From Phycisphaerales bacterium (lineage in GTDB: Bacteria; Planctomycetota; Phycisphaerae; Phycisphaerales; UBA1924), in NCBI GenBank assembly GCA_965227775.1, contig OZ245777.1, positions 1,664,001 to 1,728,000 of the forward strand: a stretch of DNA of 64,000 nt, written 5' to 3'. How positions within the stretch are numbered: the stretch's first letter is position 1; each line of letters begins with the position of its first letter. The notes beneath the pieces were generated by a model, which saw only the letters and a list, made by a program, of their open reading frames with translations, ran no database searches and was not told where the DNA came from. A program made the position numbers and the translations under genes. This document shows positions 10,801-19,291 of the stretch, in pieces.

Positions 10801-11140
10801 GCGCCACGTGCTCGGGTGCCACGCTGAATCCTGCGGCCTTGAACGACTCGAAGCTTGCCTCGCCTTCGGGCCGCTCGACAACGCCCGCCGCCCGCGACAT
10901 CGCGGGGCTGGGAGCGCGTCCGCCGTGCGGTAACCGCAGCTCGATCTCGCCGGCCTGCGCGTGCGACGCAACTCTCGGATCAAGTGCATCGACGACGCGC
11001 TGCATCAGCTCGGCGCTCGCGATCCACGAGGCCGATCCGTCCTGTCGCGCCGGCGCCGCCTCGGCCCACAGCCACAGCCGCCCGGCACACCACGCCGCGT
11101 GCAGGCACACCGGCCTCCGGCGCGTCGCGGTCGTCACCAT
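7850..11140 (-). CDS. SNF2/SWI2 family helicase-like ATPase
   Basis: LRPYQ, LADDMGLGKT, LDEAQNIKN, LTGTPVEN, SLKAGGVGLNL, DRWWNPAVENQATDRAYRIGQ. Confidence 0.97.
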   Translation of the reverse strand: MVTTATRRRPVCLHAAWCAGRLWLWAEAAPARQDGSASWIASAELMQRVVDALDPRVASHAQAGEIELRLPHGGRAPSPAMSRAAGVVERPEGEASFESFKAAGFSVAPEHVALVLDAVNDLSSESSERSLGEGRFALDETKSDGPVAVLVASTLRHFIVSLSLVRQLVIQQRFVPSLRQHPDGRLLGSWQPWLADEHTARVTSDLLRAMPLASSAGVDDLDHDPWLVLSDFLTLVLDAQARAAFDREKLAEAVEDKDHDTHVAWLRGLLDGDVESGIKPGERTDAARGVRRWLARLEERGASALWRLCLKLHEPVNTEELPDLQPPPGDTRWALTFHLRAVGTENVEVDADEVWSLTGRGVTVEGRQLDDPQQLLLSELGRASRLYDKLEGALRQSEPTQLELNTKQAYQFLRDTAPVLGEQGITVVAPPWWDSPSIRVGATLRLDSDPLESLQGDAEGWGAVPEGEEVPSGSPHAHKSQLGLQTLVRYSWEISLGGLKLTLAEFEKLAKDGSAPLVRVGGQWAEVRAEDVKAAARFIREHPGGEMTVLEAIRMAHGSMDEEGAALPIVGIETSGWLGAVFGSSDQSQSLPEVEAPPTFHGELRPYQLRGVAWMSFLERFGFGACLADDMGLGKTIQVLALLARERYLHAQGPYAEAPVPPTLAIVPMSVLGNWEHEARKFCPTLKVMVHHGAERLQDDAFIAKAGDTDVVLTTYALAHRDHDLLTRMPWRRIVLDEAQNIKNPAAKQAQSVRQLQADHRLTLTGTPVENRLSELWSIIDFCNPGYLGTIGNFRRRFSLPIERYSDKGRREQLRRLVRPFILRRLKTDEGVAGDLPEKVESREYCHLTSEQAALYEATVNTMLRDIDRVEGMHRRGMVLSTLIRLKQICNHPAQLLKDHDFSQPGAPDATRSGKCVRLVEMLHEVLASNEQALLFTQFRQMGRLLVSLLQQELGRPVLFLHGGTTQKQRQELINKFQKADGTAPLLILSLKAGGVGLNLTAATHVFHFDRWWNPAVENQATDRAYRIGQTRRVQVHKFVVRGTLEERIDAMIEQKTELAEQIVGAGERWLTELDTGQLRDLLTLRGDAVGDDEAA

Positions 11141-11189
11141 GGTCGTGCTCCGAGCGTTCGTTCGCCGAGATCGGATTCGAGGAAGGAAG

Positions 11190-11262
11190 TAGGGGCGCAG
11201 GGACTCGAACCCTGGACCTGCGGATTAAAAGTCCGATGCTCTACCAACTGAGCTACACCCCC
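11190..11262 (-). tRNA. tRNA-Lys(UUU)
   Basis: Reverse complement GGGGGTGTAGCTCAGTTGGTAGAGCATCGGACTTTTAATCCGCAGGTCCAGGGTTCGAGTCCCTGCGCCCCTA; anticodon TTT; CCA not encoded. Confidence 0.97.
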
Positions 11263-11451
11263 GATCGGCGGGTCATCTCGCACGATGGCGATTCGCTCGC
11301 CACCAGAGGGACATTGTTGGGACCAAATTCGCCCAAGGCCAGACGCTCAAACGATGGATGCCAAAACCGCCTCGTTCCCGTTCTGGCAGGGTGCTCCTAC
11401 ACAAGACTCTCGCTTGCACCTCGCGGACTTTTCCAGTACACTCGGCCCTGA

Positions 11452-12750
11452 TTGGAGCGAGAGGTGAAGCCAAACGCCAATGCCACTGCCGCACTGCTCG
11501 CACTTGCGGGATTTCCATCGTGGTCCTTTGCTCAAAGCTGCCCGGTGCCCAGTGCCTTCCCGATGGAAGAGCGTGTAGCGGTAGGTGGCGGCCCCAATGC
11601 CATCGTCGCCGCCGACTTCAACGGCGACGGGCTGATGGACCTCGCCAGCAGCAACGCATTCAGCGACAACCTCTCCGTCCTCATCGCCACCGCGCCGGGC
11701 GAGTTTGCGCCGCGGATCACCCTGCCCGCCGGCAACTTTGCGGCCGGGCTCGTCGCCACCGATCTCGATGGCGATGGTTTCGTCGACCTCGCCAACGCCA
11801 ACATCATCAGCGGAAACGTCTCGGTGACCCTCGGCAACGGAGATGGGACCTTCAGACCCGAACGACGCTACAGCGTTGGATTTGAGCCCAACCTTCTGGT
11901 GGCCCTCGACGCCAACCGCGATGGCTTGATCGATCTTGTCTCCGCGAATCGAGCCAGCGACTCGGTCACGGTGCTGCTTGCCGACAGCGAGGGCGAATAC
12001 AAATCAGGCGGCAGCTATCCGGTGGGTGATCGCCCGGAGGGTTTAGCGAGCGCGGACTTCAATGGCGATGGTGTTGCCGACATCGCCGTGACGAGCCGTG
12101 AGGACGATGAAGTCTCGATCCTGCTCGGAGATGGGGCAGGTGGATTTGCCCCTCGGACGCGCTGGCCGGCAGGCGACGGCCCCCATCGGCTCAGCGTGGC
12201 CGATTTGGACAACGATGGTGCGATCGATCTTGCGATCCCCGGCTACGGTGACGAGGTGGTCTCGATGGTCTTTGGTAGAGGCGATGGCACATTCACCGAT
12301 CCCATTGCCTTCTCAAGCGGTGGGGTGGATCCGTGGTGCGTTGCCACGGCAGACTTCAACGGTGACGGGCTAGTCGACGTGGCCGCGGTCAACACTGCTT
12401 CAGATGAGATGGGCGTTCTGATAAATCTCGGTGATCGCCGGTTCGCGTCAACTGAGTCGATCAAAGTCGGTCAAGCACCTCGATGGATCGCTACCGCCGA
12501 CCTCAATGGCGACGACCGCCCCGACCTGATCGCCGCCAACCGCGGCAACAACAACCTGTCGATCTTCTTCAACGAGTGCGTCCCTTGCCCCGCCGACCTG
12601 GACGGCGACGGCGTGCTCACCCTGTTCGACTTCCTGGCCTTCGGCGTGCTTTATGACTTGGGCTCTCCGTTGGCAGACTTCGATGGCGATGGCTCCCTCA
12701 CCATCTTCGACTTTCTTGCCTATCAGAATGCCTTCCAGGCAGGCTGCTAG
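11452..12750 (+). CDS. secreted FG-GAP/VCBS repeat protein with C-terminal GC-type dockerin domain
   Basis: Signal-like N-terminus, seven ADFNGDGxxD-type repeats, C-terminal CPADLDGDG...ADFDGDGSLTIFDF...AGC. Start codon uncertain. Confidence 0.88.
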   Translation: MEREVKPNANATAALLALAGFPSWSFAQSCPVPSAFPMEERVAVGGGPNAIVAADFNGDGLMDLASSNAFSDNLSVLIATAPGEFAPRITLPAGNFAAGLVATDLDGDGFVDLANANIISGNVSVTLGNGDGTFRPERRYSVGFEPNLLVALDANRDGLIDLVSANRASDSVTVLLADSEGEYKSGGSYPVGDRPEGLASADFNGDGVADIAVTSREDDEVSILLGDGAGGFAPRTRWPAGDGPHRLSVADLDNDGAIDLAIPGYGDEVVSMVFGRGDGTFTDPIAFSSGGVDPWCVATADFNGDGLVDVAAVNTASDEMGVLINLGDRRFASTESIKVGQAPRWIATADLNGDDRPDLIAANRGNNNLSIFFNECVPCPADLDGDGVLTLFDFLAFGVLYDLGSPLADFDGDGSLTIFDFLAYQNAFQAGC

Positions 12751-12786
12751 CGACGCCAGACGGGCCAACCCACTACACTGGCTCCG

Positions 12787-13695
12787 ATGCGTACGAGGCT
12801 CATCTTCGGGCCCATCCTGATCGCCCTGCTCCTCGCCGGGTTGCTGCTCGACCAGTTCCTCGAGGGCGTCTCCTGGCCGATCGACTTTCCGCCGCTGGGC
12901 TTGGACGGCACCGCTCCGCCTGGCGTTATCGTCATGCCGATCATGCTCATCATCGCCGCGCTCGGCGGTCGTGAGCTTGCCATCATGCTCAAGGCCAAGG
13001 GCGTGCACGCCTCGAGGCTCACGCTGGCATTCGTGGCGACGCTCGGGCTACTGGTCTCGACGCCGCTGTTCGCCACCCTTGCCGGGGGAGACGGAGCGGC
13101 CGGCCTTGCCTCGGCAACCGCCGCCGTCGTGCTCATCGGAATCCTCCATCACGCCCGCACGATGAACAGCCAGGGCGCGATGCTCAGCATCGGGGCCGTG
13201 CTCTTCGCGTTCGTGTACCTCGGGCTGACGTTTGGCTTCCTGCTCCGCATCCGGCTCGAGCACAGCGTGTGGGTGCTGCTGTGGGTGCTCGCGACGGTTA
13301 AGAGCTGCGACATCTTCGCCTACTTCACGGGAAAGGCCATCGGCAAGCACAAGCTCATCCTCTGGCTCAGCCCGGGCAAGACCTGGGAGGGCCTTGTTGG
13401 CGGCGTCATCGGTTCGGCCATGGTCGGCGGCGCGGGGCTTGCCTTGCTGACGACCCAGAGCGGCTTCAACCCGGGCGGCTCGGTGCTGTACTCTGCCATT
13501 GGTGGCGCCGCAAGCGGCGCGTGCATCGGGCTGGCCGGCCAACTGGGAGATCTGATGGCATCCATGATGAAGCGCGACGCGGGAATCAAGGATTCCAGCA
13601 GCCTGCTACCCGGCTTCGGCGGCGTTCTCGACGTCATCGATTCCCCGATCCTCGTTGCGCCGCTCGCATATTGGACGCTCGCGATCTGGGCCTGA
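12787..13695 (+). CDS. cdsA: phosphatidate cytidylyltransferase
   Basis: Multi-TM protein; DIFAYFTG..GKHKL..SPGKTWEG, GDL.AS.MKRDAGIKDS..LPGFGGVLD.IDS. Confidence 0.95.
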   Translation: MRTRLIFGPILIALLLAGLLLDQFLEGVSWPIDFPPLGLDGTAPPGVIVMPIMLIIAALGGRELAIMLKAKGVHASRLTLAFVATLGLLVSTPLFATLAGGDGAAGLASATAAVVLIGILHHARTMNSQGAMLSIGAVLFAFVYLGLTFGFLLRIRLEHSVWVLLWVLATVKSCDIFAYFTGKAIGKHKLILWLSPGKTWEGLVGGVIGSAMVGGAGLALLTTQSGFNPGGSVLYSAIGGAASGACIGLAGQLGDLMASMMKRDAGIKDSSSLLPGFGGVLDVIDSPILVAPLAYWTLAIWA

Positions 13696-13860
13696 CCCAC
13701 TCCACCTCGTGCGTTGACGGTCCGTCGGCAGTGCGACAGCACCCGTTCGGGTTTTGCCAATGACCCGGCGCCGAGCTGGCCCCATGCCCCGAGCGCTACA
13801 CACCTGCGCCCGGCCCGCTACACTCTCTGGAAGAAGTAGGACCAGTGGAGCTCAGCGTAC

Positions 13861-14625
13861 ATGACGATGACCGAAACCGATCGGTTGCTCAAGGTTTTCA
13901 GGGTCGATAACAGCATCGACGGATTGCAGGGCAGGCTCCGCGCCGCCGAGCGATTCTTGACCGAGCAGGAACGGCAGCTCGCCTCCATCGAGGATCAGCA
14001 CAAGGCCGGCCAGGCAGAGCTCCGCAAGACGAAGGCCGCCGCCGCCAACGCCGAGGGCGAAGCCAAGCGCCTCGAAGGCCACATCAACGAGCTCCGCGAG
14101 AAGATGAACTCGGCCGGCTCCAACAAGGAGTACCAGGCCTACCTCGCAGAGATCGCCACGTTCAAGACCCAGCAGGAAGAGCAAGAGTCCATTGCCCTGG
14201 AACTCATCACCCGGGTCGAGACGCTCACCAACGAACTCGCCGAACTCGGCAAGGCTCGGGACGAGCGCCAAGGCGTTCGCACCGTGGCCAAAAAGCAGCG
14301 CGACGAGCGCAGCGAAGAAATCGCCGATCGCCTCGAGGAACTGAAGAAAGAACGCGAGTCGATCATTTCAGAGGTGCCCGAGCACACGCTGACCCACTAC
14401 CTCCGCGTGCGCGGCCAGCTGGGCGACGAGGCCATGGCTCCGGTCGAGGTTGTCGATGTCAAGCGGCACGAGTTCGTCTGTGGCACCAGCATGCTGGCCG
14501 TCCCGATCGAGACTGTCAGCGCTCTGCTGAGCCACGGACGCGTCACGGTCGATCCCCAGTCGGGCGCCATCCTCTACCTGAGCGACGAAGCGCGCAAGGC
14601 CATGGAGCCCGCTGCCAAGCGTTGA
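13861..14625 (+). CDS. coiled-coil protein of CT398/HP0958 (DUF164-like) type with degenerate C4 zinc ribbon
   Basis: Long coiled coil with NKEYQA..EI; C-terminal Y.RVR...AMAPV...CG.....P...GAILY. Confidence 0.8.
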   Translation: MTMTETDRLLKVFRVDNSIDGLQGRLRAAERFLTEQERQLASIEDQHKAGQAELRKTKAAAANAEGEAKRLEGHINELREKMNSAGSNKEYQAYLAEIATFKTQQEEQESIALELITRVETLTNELAELGKARDERQGVRTVAKKQRDERSEEIADRLEELKKERESIISEVPEHTLTHYLRVRGQLGDEAMAPVEVVDVKRHEFVCGTSMLAVPIETVSALLSHGRVTVDPQSGAILYLSDEARKAMEPAAKR

Positions 14626-14647
14626 TCATCTCGAAAGCACGATTCGC

Positions 14648-14673
14648 AGCCCGGGAAAGCACCCGGGCTTTTT
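14648..14673 (+). terminator. intrinsic terminator
   Basis: AGCCCGGG-aaagca-CCCGGGCT followed by TTTT. Confidence 0.7.
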
Positions 14674-14689
14674 CGTGCGCGAACCGAGC

Positions 14690-14715
14690 AAAAGAAAAAG
14701 CGTCCATCCGGACGC
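14690..14715 (-). terminator. intrinsic terminator of rpmA
   Basis: GCGTCC-atcc-GGACGC hairpin preceded on + by an A-rich run (U-tract on the - strand). Confidence 0.65.
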
Positions 14716-14742
14716 CCTTCGTCAAAACCGTGTTCGTGCCGG

Positions 14743-15048
14743 TCAGTTCTGGCTTGCAGCCTGAGCCGCACGGTACTGCGTCAGCCAACGGGGACGGGGT
14801 GCGTCCTCTTCGACCGGGTCGATGTGCACGCGGCGGCCCTGGAAGACGACCTTGCCGGTGCTCACGCTGAACAGCGTGTCGTCCTTGCCGCGCTGCACGC
14901 CGAAGCCGGGCTGGAACTTCGTGCCGCACTGGCGCACGAGCACGTTGCCGGGCTTGGCGAACTCACCGCCGTAGAGCTTGATGCCCCGGTACTGAGGGTT
15001 CGAGTCGCGACCGTTCTTTGACGATCCCTGGCCCTTTTTATGCGCCAT
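14743..15048 (-). CDS. rpmA: 50S ribosomal protein L27
   Basis: [45 protein letters not shown]. Confidence 0.98.
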   Translation of the reverse strand: MAHKKGQGSSKNGRDSNPQYRGIKLYGGEFAKPGNVLVRQCGTKFQPGFGVQRGKDDTLFSVSTGKVVFQGRRVHIDPVEEDAPRPRWLTQYRAAQAASQN

Positions 15049-15111
15049 GGCGGGGTACTCCTGAAGCTGATCCGGCCCTCTTGCGGACCGGGTCGAGATG
15101 ATAGCGAGGCT

Positions 15112-15747
15112 TTATCGCATGATCCAGCGGTTCTCAACCCGCTCGATCGGGGCGTTGCCGCGGCCATCGACGTGGCCGGGGATCTCATGGACGGCCATCA
15201 GCGTCTTGCGGAGCACCACGTCTCGCTGGTCGCCGCTCTCGCGATCGATGACCGCGATGCGGGTGGTCTCGCCGCTGAAGCCCGCCATGTACACCCGGGC
15301 CTTGTCGGCCTCGTTGTCTCGCACGGGCCAGACGACCAGCCCATCGCGGGCGTAGGCCTCACCGCGACGCAGTACGCCGATCATGCCCACCTGGTCGTTC
15401 AGTAGTGGGTTGTTCAGCCTGCCCAGGATCTCGCGGGTCACCGCGGCGGGCACGCCCTGGCCCGCAACAACGTTGGTGCCGGTCTCCGTGGCCAGCTCGA
15501 AGCTCGGGGCCAGCAGGATGTCCTGGTCGGTGTTGTTTGTCACCGTATAGGTCAGGTAGTAGTACAGCATCGGGCCCTGGCCGGGTGTCTCGACGCTGGC
15601 GACCCGAAGCGGGCCCACGTCCAGATCGAGCTGCCAACGCACCGGGATGGGGTTGGGCTCGGGCGGAAGGGCGACCGAGGCAGCCGTCAGCCCGAAGGTC
15701 GCCGCGATCAGGATGAGGACGCGAGCAGGGAGATTCAGCAAGGCCAT
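15112..15747 (-). CDS. exported hypothetical protein
   Basis: Signal peptide (VLILIAATFGLTAASVA), then a beta-rich domain (YYYLTYTVTN, YMAGFSGET). Confidence 0.75.
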   Translation of the reverse strand: MALLNLPARVLILIAATFGLTAASVALPPEPNPIPVRWQLDLDVGPLRVASVETPGQGPMLYYYLTYTVTNNTDQDILLAPSFELATETGTNVVAGQGVPAAVTREILGRLNNPLLNDQVGMIGVLRRGEAYARDGLVVWPVRDNEADKARVYMAGFSGETTRIAVIDRESGDQRDVVLRKTLMAVHEIPGHVDGRGNAPIERVENRWIMR

Positions 15748-15965
15748 GGAGTTCTCCGAGGCGATTCGGCGGCCAGAATGCGGCCCGCACACGGTCTGAG
15801 GCGGGACGACGCGGCACAAGGCGGTCAGGTTCCGGGGCGGGAAGGCCCTCGACCGACCCTACGCCCGGGGAGTCTATATTCGTTTCCCCCGCCGCGTCGG
15901 CGACGGCGGTCGGTTTTTGAGCCCGCGAGCACAGCCACGAGGGCCGGCCGCCAACGGATACGAGC

Positions 15966-17030
15966 ATGGACGCGAGCGGTTTCTCCATCCAGCCCGAGCC
16001 TGCAGGGCCCGAGCATCGGCCGATCCCGCTGCCGAGCGAGTTTTACCTGCAAGCCGCCGAACGGCTGATCGACGCCACCGGGCCCATGGCCCGCCAGGCG
16101 GCCCAACGGCTGATCGATGCCGGCCCGGACTCAGGCATCTCCTTCGCCCACGCGTTCGCCACCATCGATCCAGACGTCCACGCTGTCCGCGAACTGGCCA
16201 TCGCCGTCCCCGCGCCGGGCCGGAGCGCCCTGATCTTCCTGAGCCGGCCCAAGGCCGACCAGCCGCGAGCCGAAGAGCGGGCCAAGTGTTCCCAAGCCCT
16301 CACTCGTCACCTGGCGGAACTGCCCGGCCGGCCGTTCGATATCGCCCAGTCACTACCGGCCGCCAACGAGCGCTGGGCCGTCGATGCCCTGACGAGCTCG
16401 GGCTGGCAGATCGTGGGTAATCTTGCGTACATGCGGCGTCCCATCGGCCCGCAGGACGCACCCAAGCCCGGCGTGCTCCGCGGCCGCAAGCCACAGCGGC
16501 AATTGCCCGACGGTGTCGAGGTCGAGCACATCTCGATCCCCGAGCCCGGCTCGCCGCGACACGCGGATCTCGTCGCGGCTCTCAACGACAGCTATACGGA
16601 CACGCTCGACTGTCCCGCGCTCTGCGGCATGCGGCGCACCAGCGACATCCTGGCTTCGCACGCGGCCATCGGCCGGCCCGAGCTCGCCATGTGGGCGGTC
16701 ATCTCGCACGAGGGGCGCCCCGCGGGCGCCGTGCTGCTCGCGTGCCTGCCCGAGCAACGTTGCTACGAGCTGGTCTACATCGGTCTGGGTCCTTCCCTTC
16801 GGGGTTTCGGCCTCGGGGAAGTACTGCTCGAGAACGCCGTCGAGCAGATCGCCACGCGCATCAAGCGCGCCCCGCGCTCGGGTCGCTGGTCGCTCACGTG
16901 CGCCGTCGATACCGCGAACAAGCCGGCCGTGCGCCTCTACGAACGCGTGGGATTCATGTCTTTCGACAGACGCATCGCGTGCGTGCATGGGCTCGATGCG
17001 GCGTTGTCCACCGACGCGATCGAGTCGTAG
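15966..17030 (+). CDS. GNAT family N-acetyltransferase
   Basis: ELVYIGLGPSLRGFGLG (motif A), CAVDTANKPAVRLYERVGF (motif B). Confidence 0.85.
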   Translation: MDASGFSIQPEPAGPEHRPIPLPSEFYLQAAERLIDATGPMARQAAQRLIDAGPDSGISFAHAFATIDPDVHAVRELAIAVPAPGRSALIFLSRPKADQPRAEERAKCSQALTRHLAELPGRPFDIAQSLPAANERWAVDALTSSGWQIVGNLAYMRRPIGPQDAPKPGVLRGRKPQRQLPDGVEVEHISIPEPGSPRHADLVAALNDSYTDTLDCPALCGMRRTSDILASHAAIGRPELAMWAVISHEGRPAGAVLLACLPEQRCYELVYIGLGPSLRGFGLGEVLLENAVEQIATRIKRAPRSGRWSLTCAVDTANKPAVRLYERVGFMSFDRRIACVHGLDAALSTDAIES

Positions 17031-17081
17031 CGCGTTGGTCGGCAAGCGCTTGCGCACGTGATCGTGTCGCAACTCCACCGC

Positions 17082-17146
17082 TTGTCCACAGGCCTTGTTG
17101 ACAACTTGCGATGCGCCTGTGCATAAAGAAATCTTTAAGGCTTAAA
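17082..17146. promoter_or_regulatory. DnaA-box cluster with AT-rich tract (candidate oriC or dnaA operator)
   Basis: TTGTCCACA (17082-90, +), TTGTCAACA (17096-104, -), TTATGCACA (17118-26, -), then AAGAAATCTTTAAGGCTTAAA; lies upstream of dnaA. Confidence 0.65.
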
Positions 17147-17514
17147 CCCTTGAACTGTCGCGTGTTTGTTCTCCCGGTTTGCCCGCGCGCCCAGAAAACG
17201 AGTAGCGAAGCGACGTGATCTCGGATACATTCGTGTGGCGTCGAAGGAATCGCGCCACGTCGGGGGTAGTCGACCAAAGCAGTCGCGTCCATGTGCCAGC
17301 CAGCACGACCACCAGGCCTTTCTGGCGGGGGATCGTTGCACGAATCGCTGGCAACCAGCAACCGTCGGACGCGGCGGCTACCGAACGCGGGGAGTGCGCG
17401 GGGTTGGCTGCCCAAGGGCGAAGGAAGAACGGACTCTGCAGGACGATCAGGCACTTCGGCCGCACGGCCGTGGTGGGGTGTTCGTGCGGCCATGTACGGC
17501 CAGAAGGATTCGCT

Positions 17515-19236
17515 ATGGCAGCGATCAGCAGGGATGAAGTCGTTCGCGCTCCACACGCCAAACAAGACGGCAACGCGGACGTCCGCGTGCACGCGGGCAA
17601 AGCAACGAAGGCCACCGCCGGCACACCCACCCCTGAGATCGCGGGCTCGCAGGGCCCATTGAAGGAGCGAGTGCTCACACGCACGCCCGGCCGAGACGCG
17701 GCCGGTGAGCGTCTGCGCACCCGCCGCGTGCACCCGGGCCGCAACGCCGACGCCGCGTCGCTCGAGGCCGAGGCGGCGCAAGAAGCGGCGGGCGATTCCC
17801 AGCGCGAGCAGAATCTGGAGCGGCTACTGGCAGCCAAGGTCGGCTCGCTGACCTTCGAGCGCTACTTCCAGGGCCAGGCAAAGCTCGAGCGCACCGAAGA
17901 CGGCCTCGAGGTCGTGGTCGCGTCGCGCTTCCTGGTGCCGATCGTCGAGAACCGCTTCCGCCAGCACCTGGTCGAGATTGCCGGCGGCGGGTCGGTCCGT
18001 TTCGTCGATCGGCCCTCGGCCTTCCCTGCGGCTCGTCCGCCCAAGGCCACCAAGGTCGCGCGCCCGAAGAGCGAGGCCCAGCGGCTCAAGGCCCACCCCT
18101 CGCACGCCGCCAAGCCGCAGTCCGACCGCTTCGTGCGATTGGAAGACTTCGTCGTCGGGCAGAGCAACGAGCTCGCCCACATGGCCGCGCTCTCGATCAG
18201 TGATCCGGGCTCGACGCCTCGGGCCGGCAACCTGCTCGTGCTCCACGGCGGCTGCGGCCTGGGCAAGACCCACCTGCTCCGCGGCATGGCGTTCCGCTAC
18301 AACAGCCTGCGGGGTTCGGGCGGCAAGGCCAAGTACGTCACGGCCGAGCACTTCACCAACGGCTTCCTCGCGGCGCTTCGCACGGGCGGCACCGAGGCAT
18401 TCCGCGACAAGTACCGCGGGGTCGAGCTGTTGTGCCTTGACGACGTGCACTTCCTGGCGACCAAGGACGCCACGAAGGCTGAGCTTCTGCACACGCTCGA
18501 CCAGATCCTCCAGGGTGGCTGCCGCCTCGCGCTGGCGAGCGATGAGCACCCGCGGCAGGTCGAGGGGCTTGGCAAGCAGCTCATCAGCCGCCTGCTCTCG
18601 GGCCTGACCATCGAGCTGGGCGAGCCCGACCAGCAGCTCCGAGAGGCCATGGTCCGCAAGCTGGCCCGCCAGCGCGGACTCTCGCTCGCGGACGATGTCG
18701 TGTCTGCTATTGCCATGGCTGCGGCCGAGGAAACCGGCGAGGGGCCGGCGGGCTCGTTCCGAGATATCGAGGGCGCCATGGCCCGCGTCGACGCGTTCCA
18801 CAACCTGCTGGGCCGCGAGGGCGACAAGCCCGCGGGCGCCAGCGTGACGATGTCGACCGTGCACCAGGCCCTGGGCGTGCGCGCCCAGCTCGCCCCCCAG
18901 GCCGGCCCCGTGCGCGTCGATGTGGTCATCGACTCGGTGTGCCGCTTCATGGGCGTGGGCAGCGCCGAGTTCTCCGGCCGCGGTCGCCACCGCCGGGTGG
19001 TGCTGGCACGGGCGCTGGTAGCGATCATCTCTCGCCAGCTCACCACCGCGAGCTATCCCGAGATCGCAACGGCGATGGGCCGGCCCAACCACTCCTCGAT
19101 CATCACCGCCGTCAGGCGCATCGAGCGTCAGATCGCCGATGAAGAGCGGGTGGCGGTGGGGTGCGAGGCCGACGGGCAGACCGTGGGGCAGCTCGCTGAC
19201 ACGCTGGCTCGGCGGATCCGTCGCTCGGGGCGATAA
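17515..19236 (+). CDS. dnaA: chromosomal replication initiator DnaA family protein
   Basis: FVVGQSNELA, HGGCGLGKTHLL, YVTAEHFTN, DDVHFL, LISRLLSGL, domain IV SYPEIA..MGRPNHSSII. Start uncertain. Confidence 0.9.
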   Translation: MAAISRDEVVRAPHAKQDGNADVRVHAGKATKATAGTPTPEIAGSQGPLKERVLTRTPGRDAAGERLRTRRVHPGRNADAASLEAEAAQEAAGDSQREQNLERLLAAKVGSLTFERYFQGQAKLERTEDGLEVVVASRFLVPIVENRFRQHLVEIAGGGSVRFVDRPSAFPAARPPKATKVARPKSEAQRLKAHPSHAAKPQSDRFVRLEDFVVGQSNELAHMAALSISDPGSTPRAGNLLVLHGGCGLGKTHLLRGMAFRYNSLRGSGGKAKYVTAEHFTNGFLAALRTGGTEAFRDKYRGVELLCLDDVHFLATKDATKAELLHTLDQILQGGCRLALASDEHPRQVEGLGKQLISRLLSGLTIELGEPDQQLREAMVRKLARQRGLSLADDVVSAIAMAAAEETGEGPAGSFRDIEGAMARVDAFHNLLGREGDKPAGASVTMSTVHQALGVRAQLAPQAGPVRVDVVIDSVCRFMGVGSAEFSGRGRHRRVVLARALVAIISRQLTTASYPEIATAMGRPNHSSIITAVRRIERQIADEERVAVGCEADGQTVGQLADTLARRIRRSGR

Positions 19237-19291
19237 ACTCCCCGGCGCACGCGGCCCGTCGGGGCCGTCACCGAGCGATACGGGAGCCCAC

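Noticed and set aside
11141..11262. tRNA-Lys 3' end as an island integration site for SNF2-SWIM
   Set aside because: No integrase, no duplicated tRNA 3' end seen, and the downstream genes have host-like codon usage.
11560..12575. Periodic GACTTCAACGGCGACGG-like DNA repeats
   Set aside because: They are the coding FG-GAP repeats, not a CRISPR array or DGR; no cas or reverse transcriptase is present.
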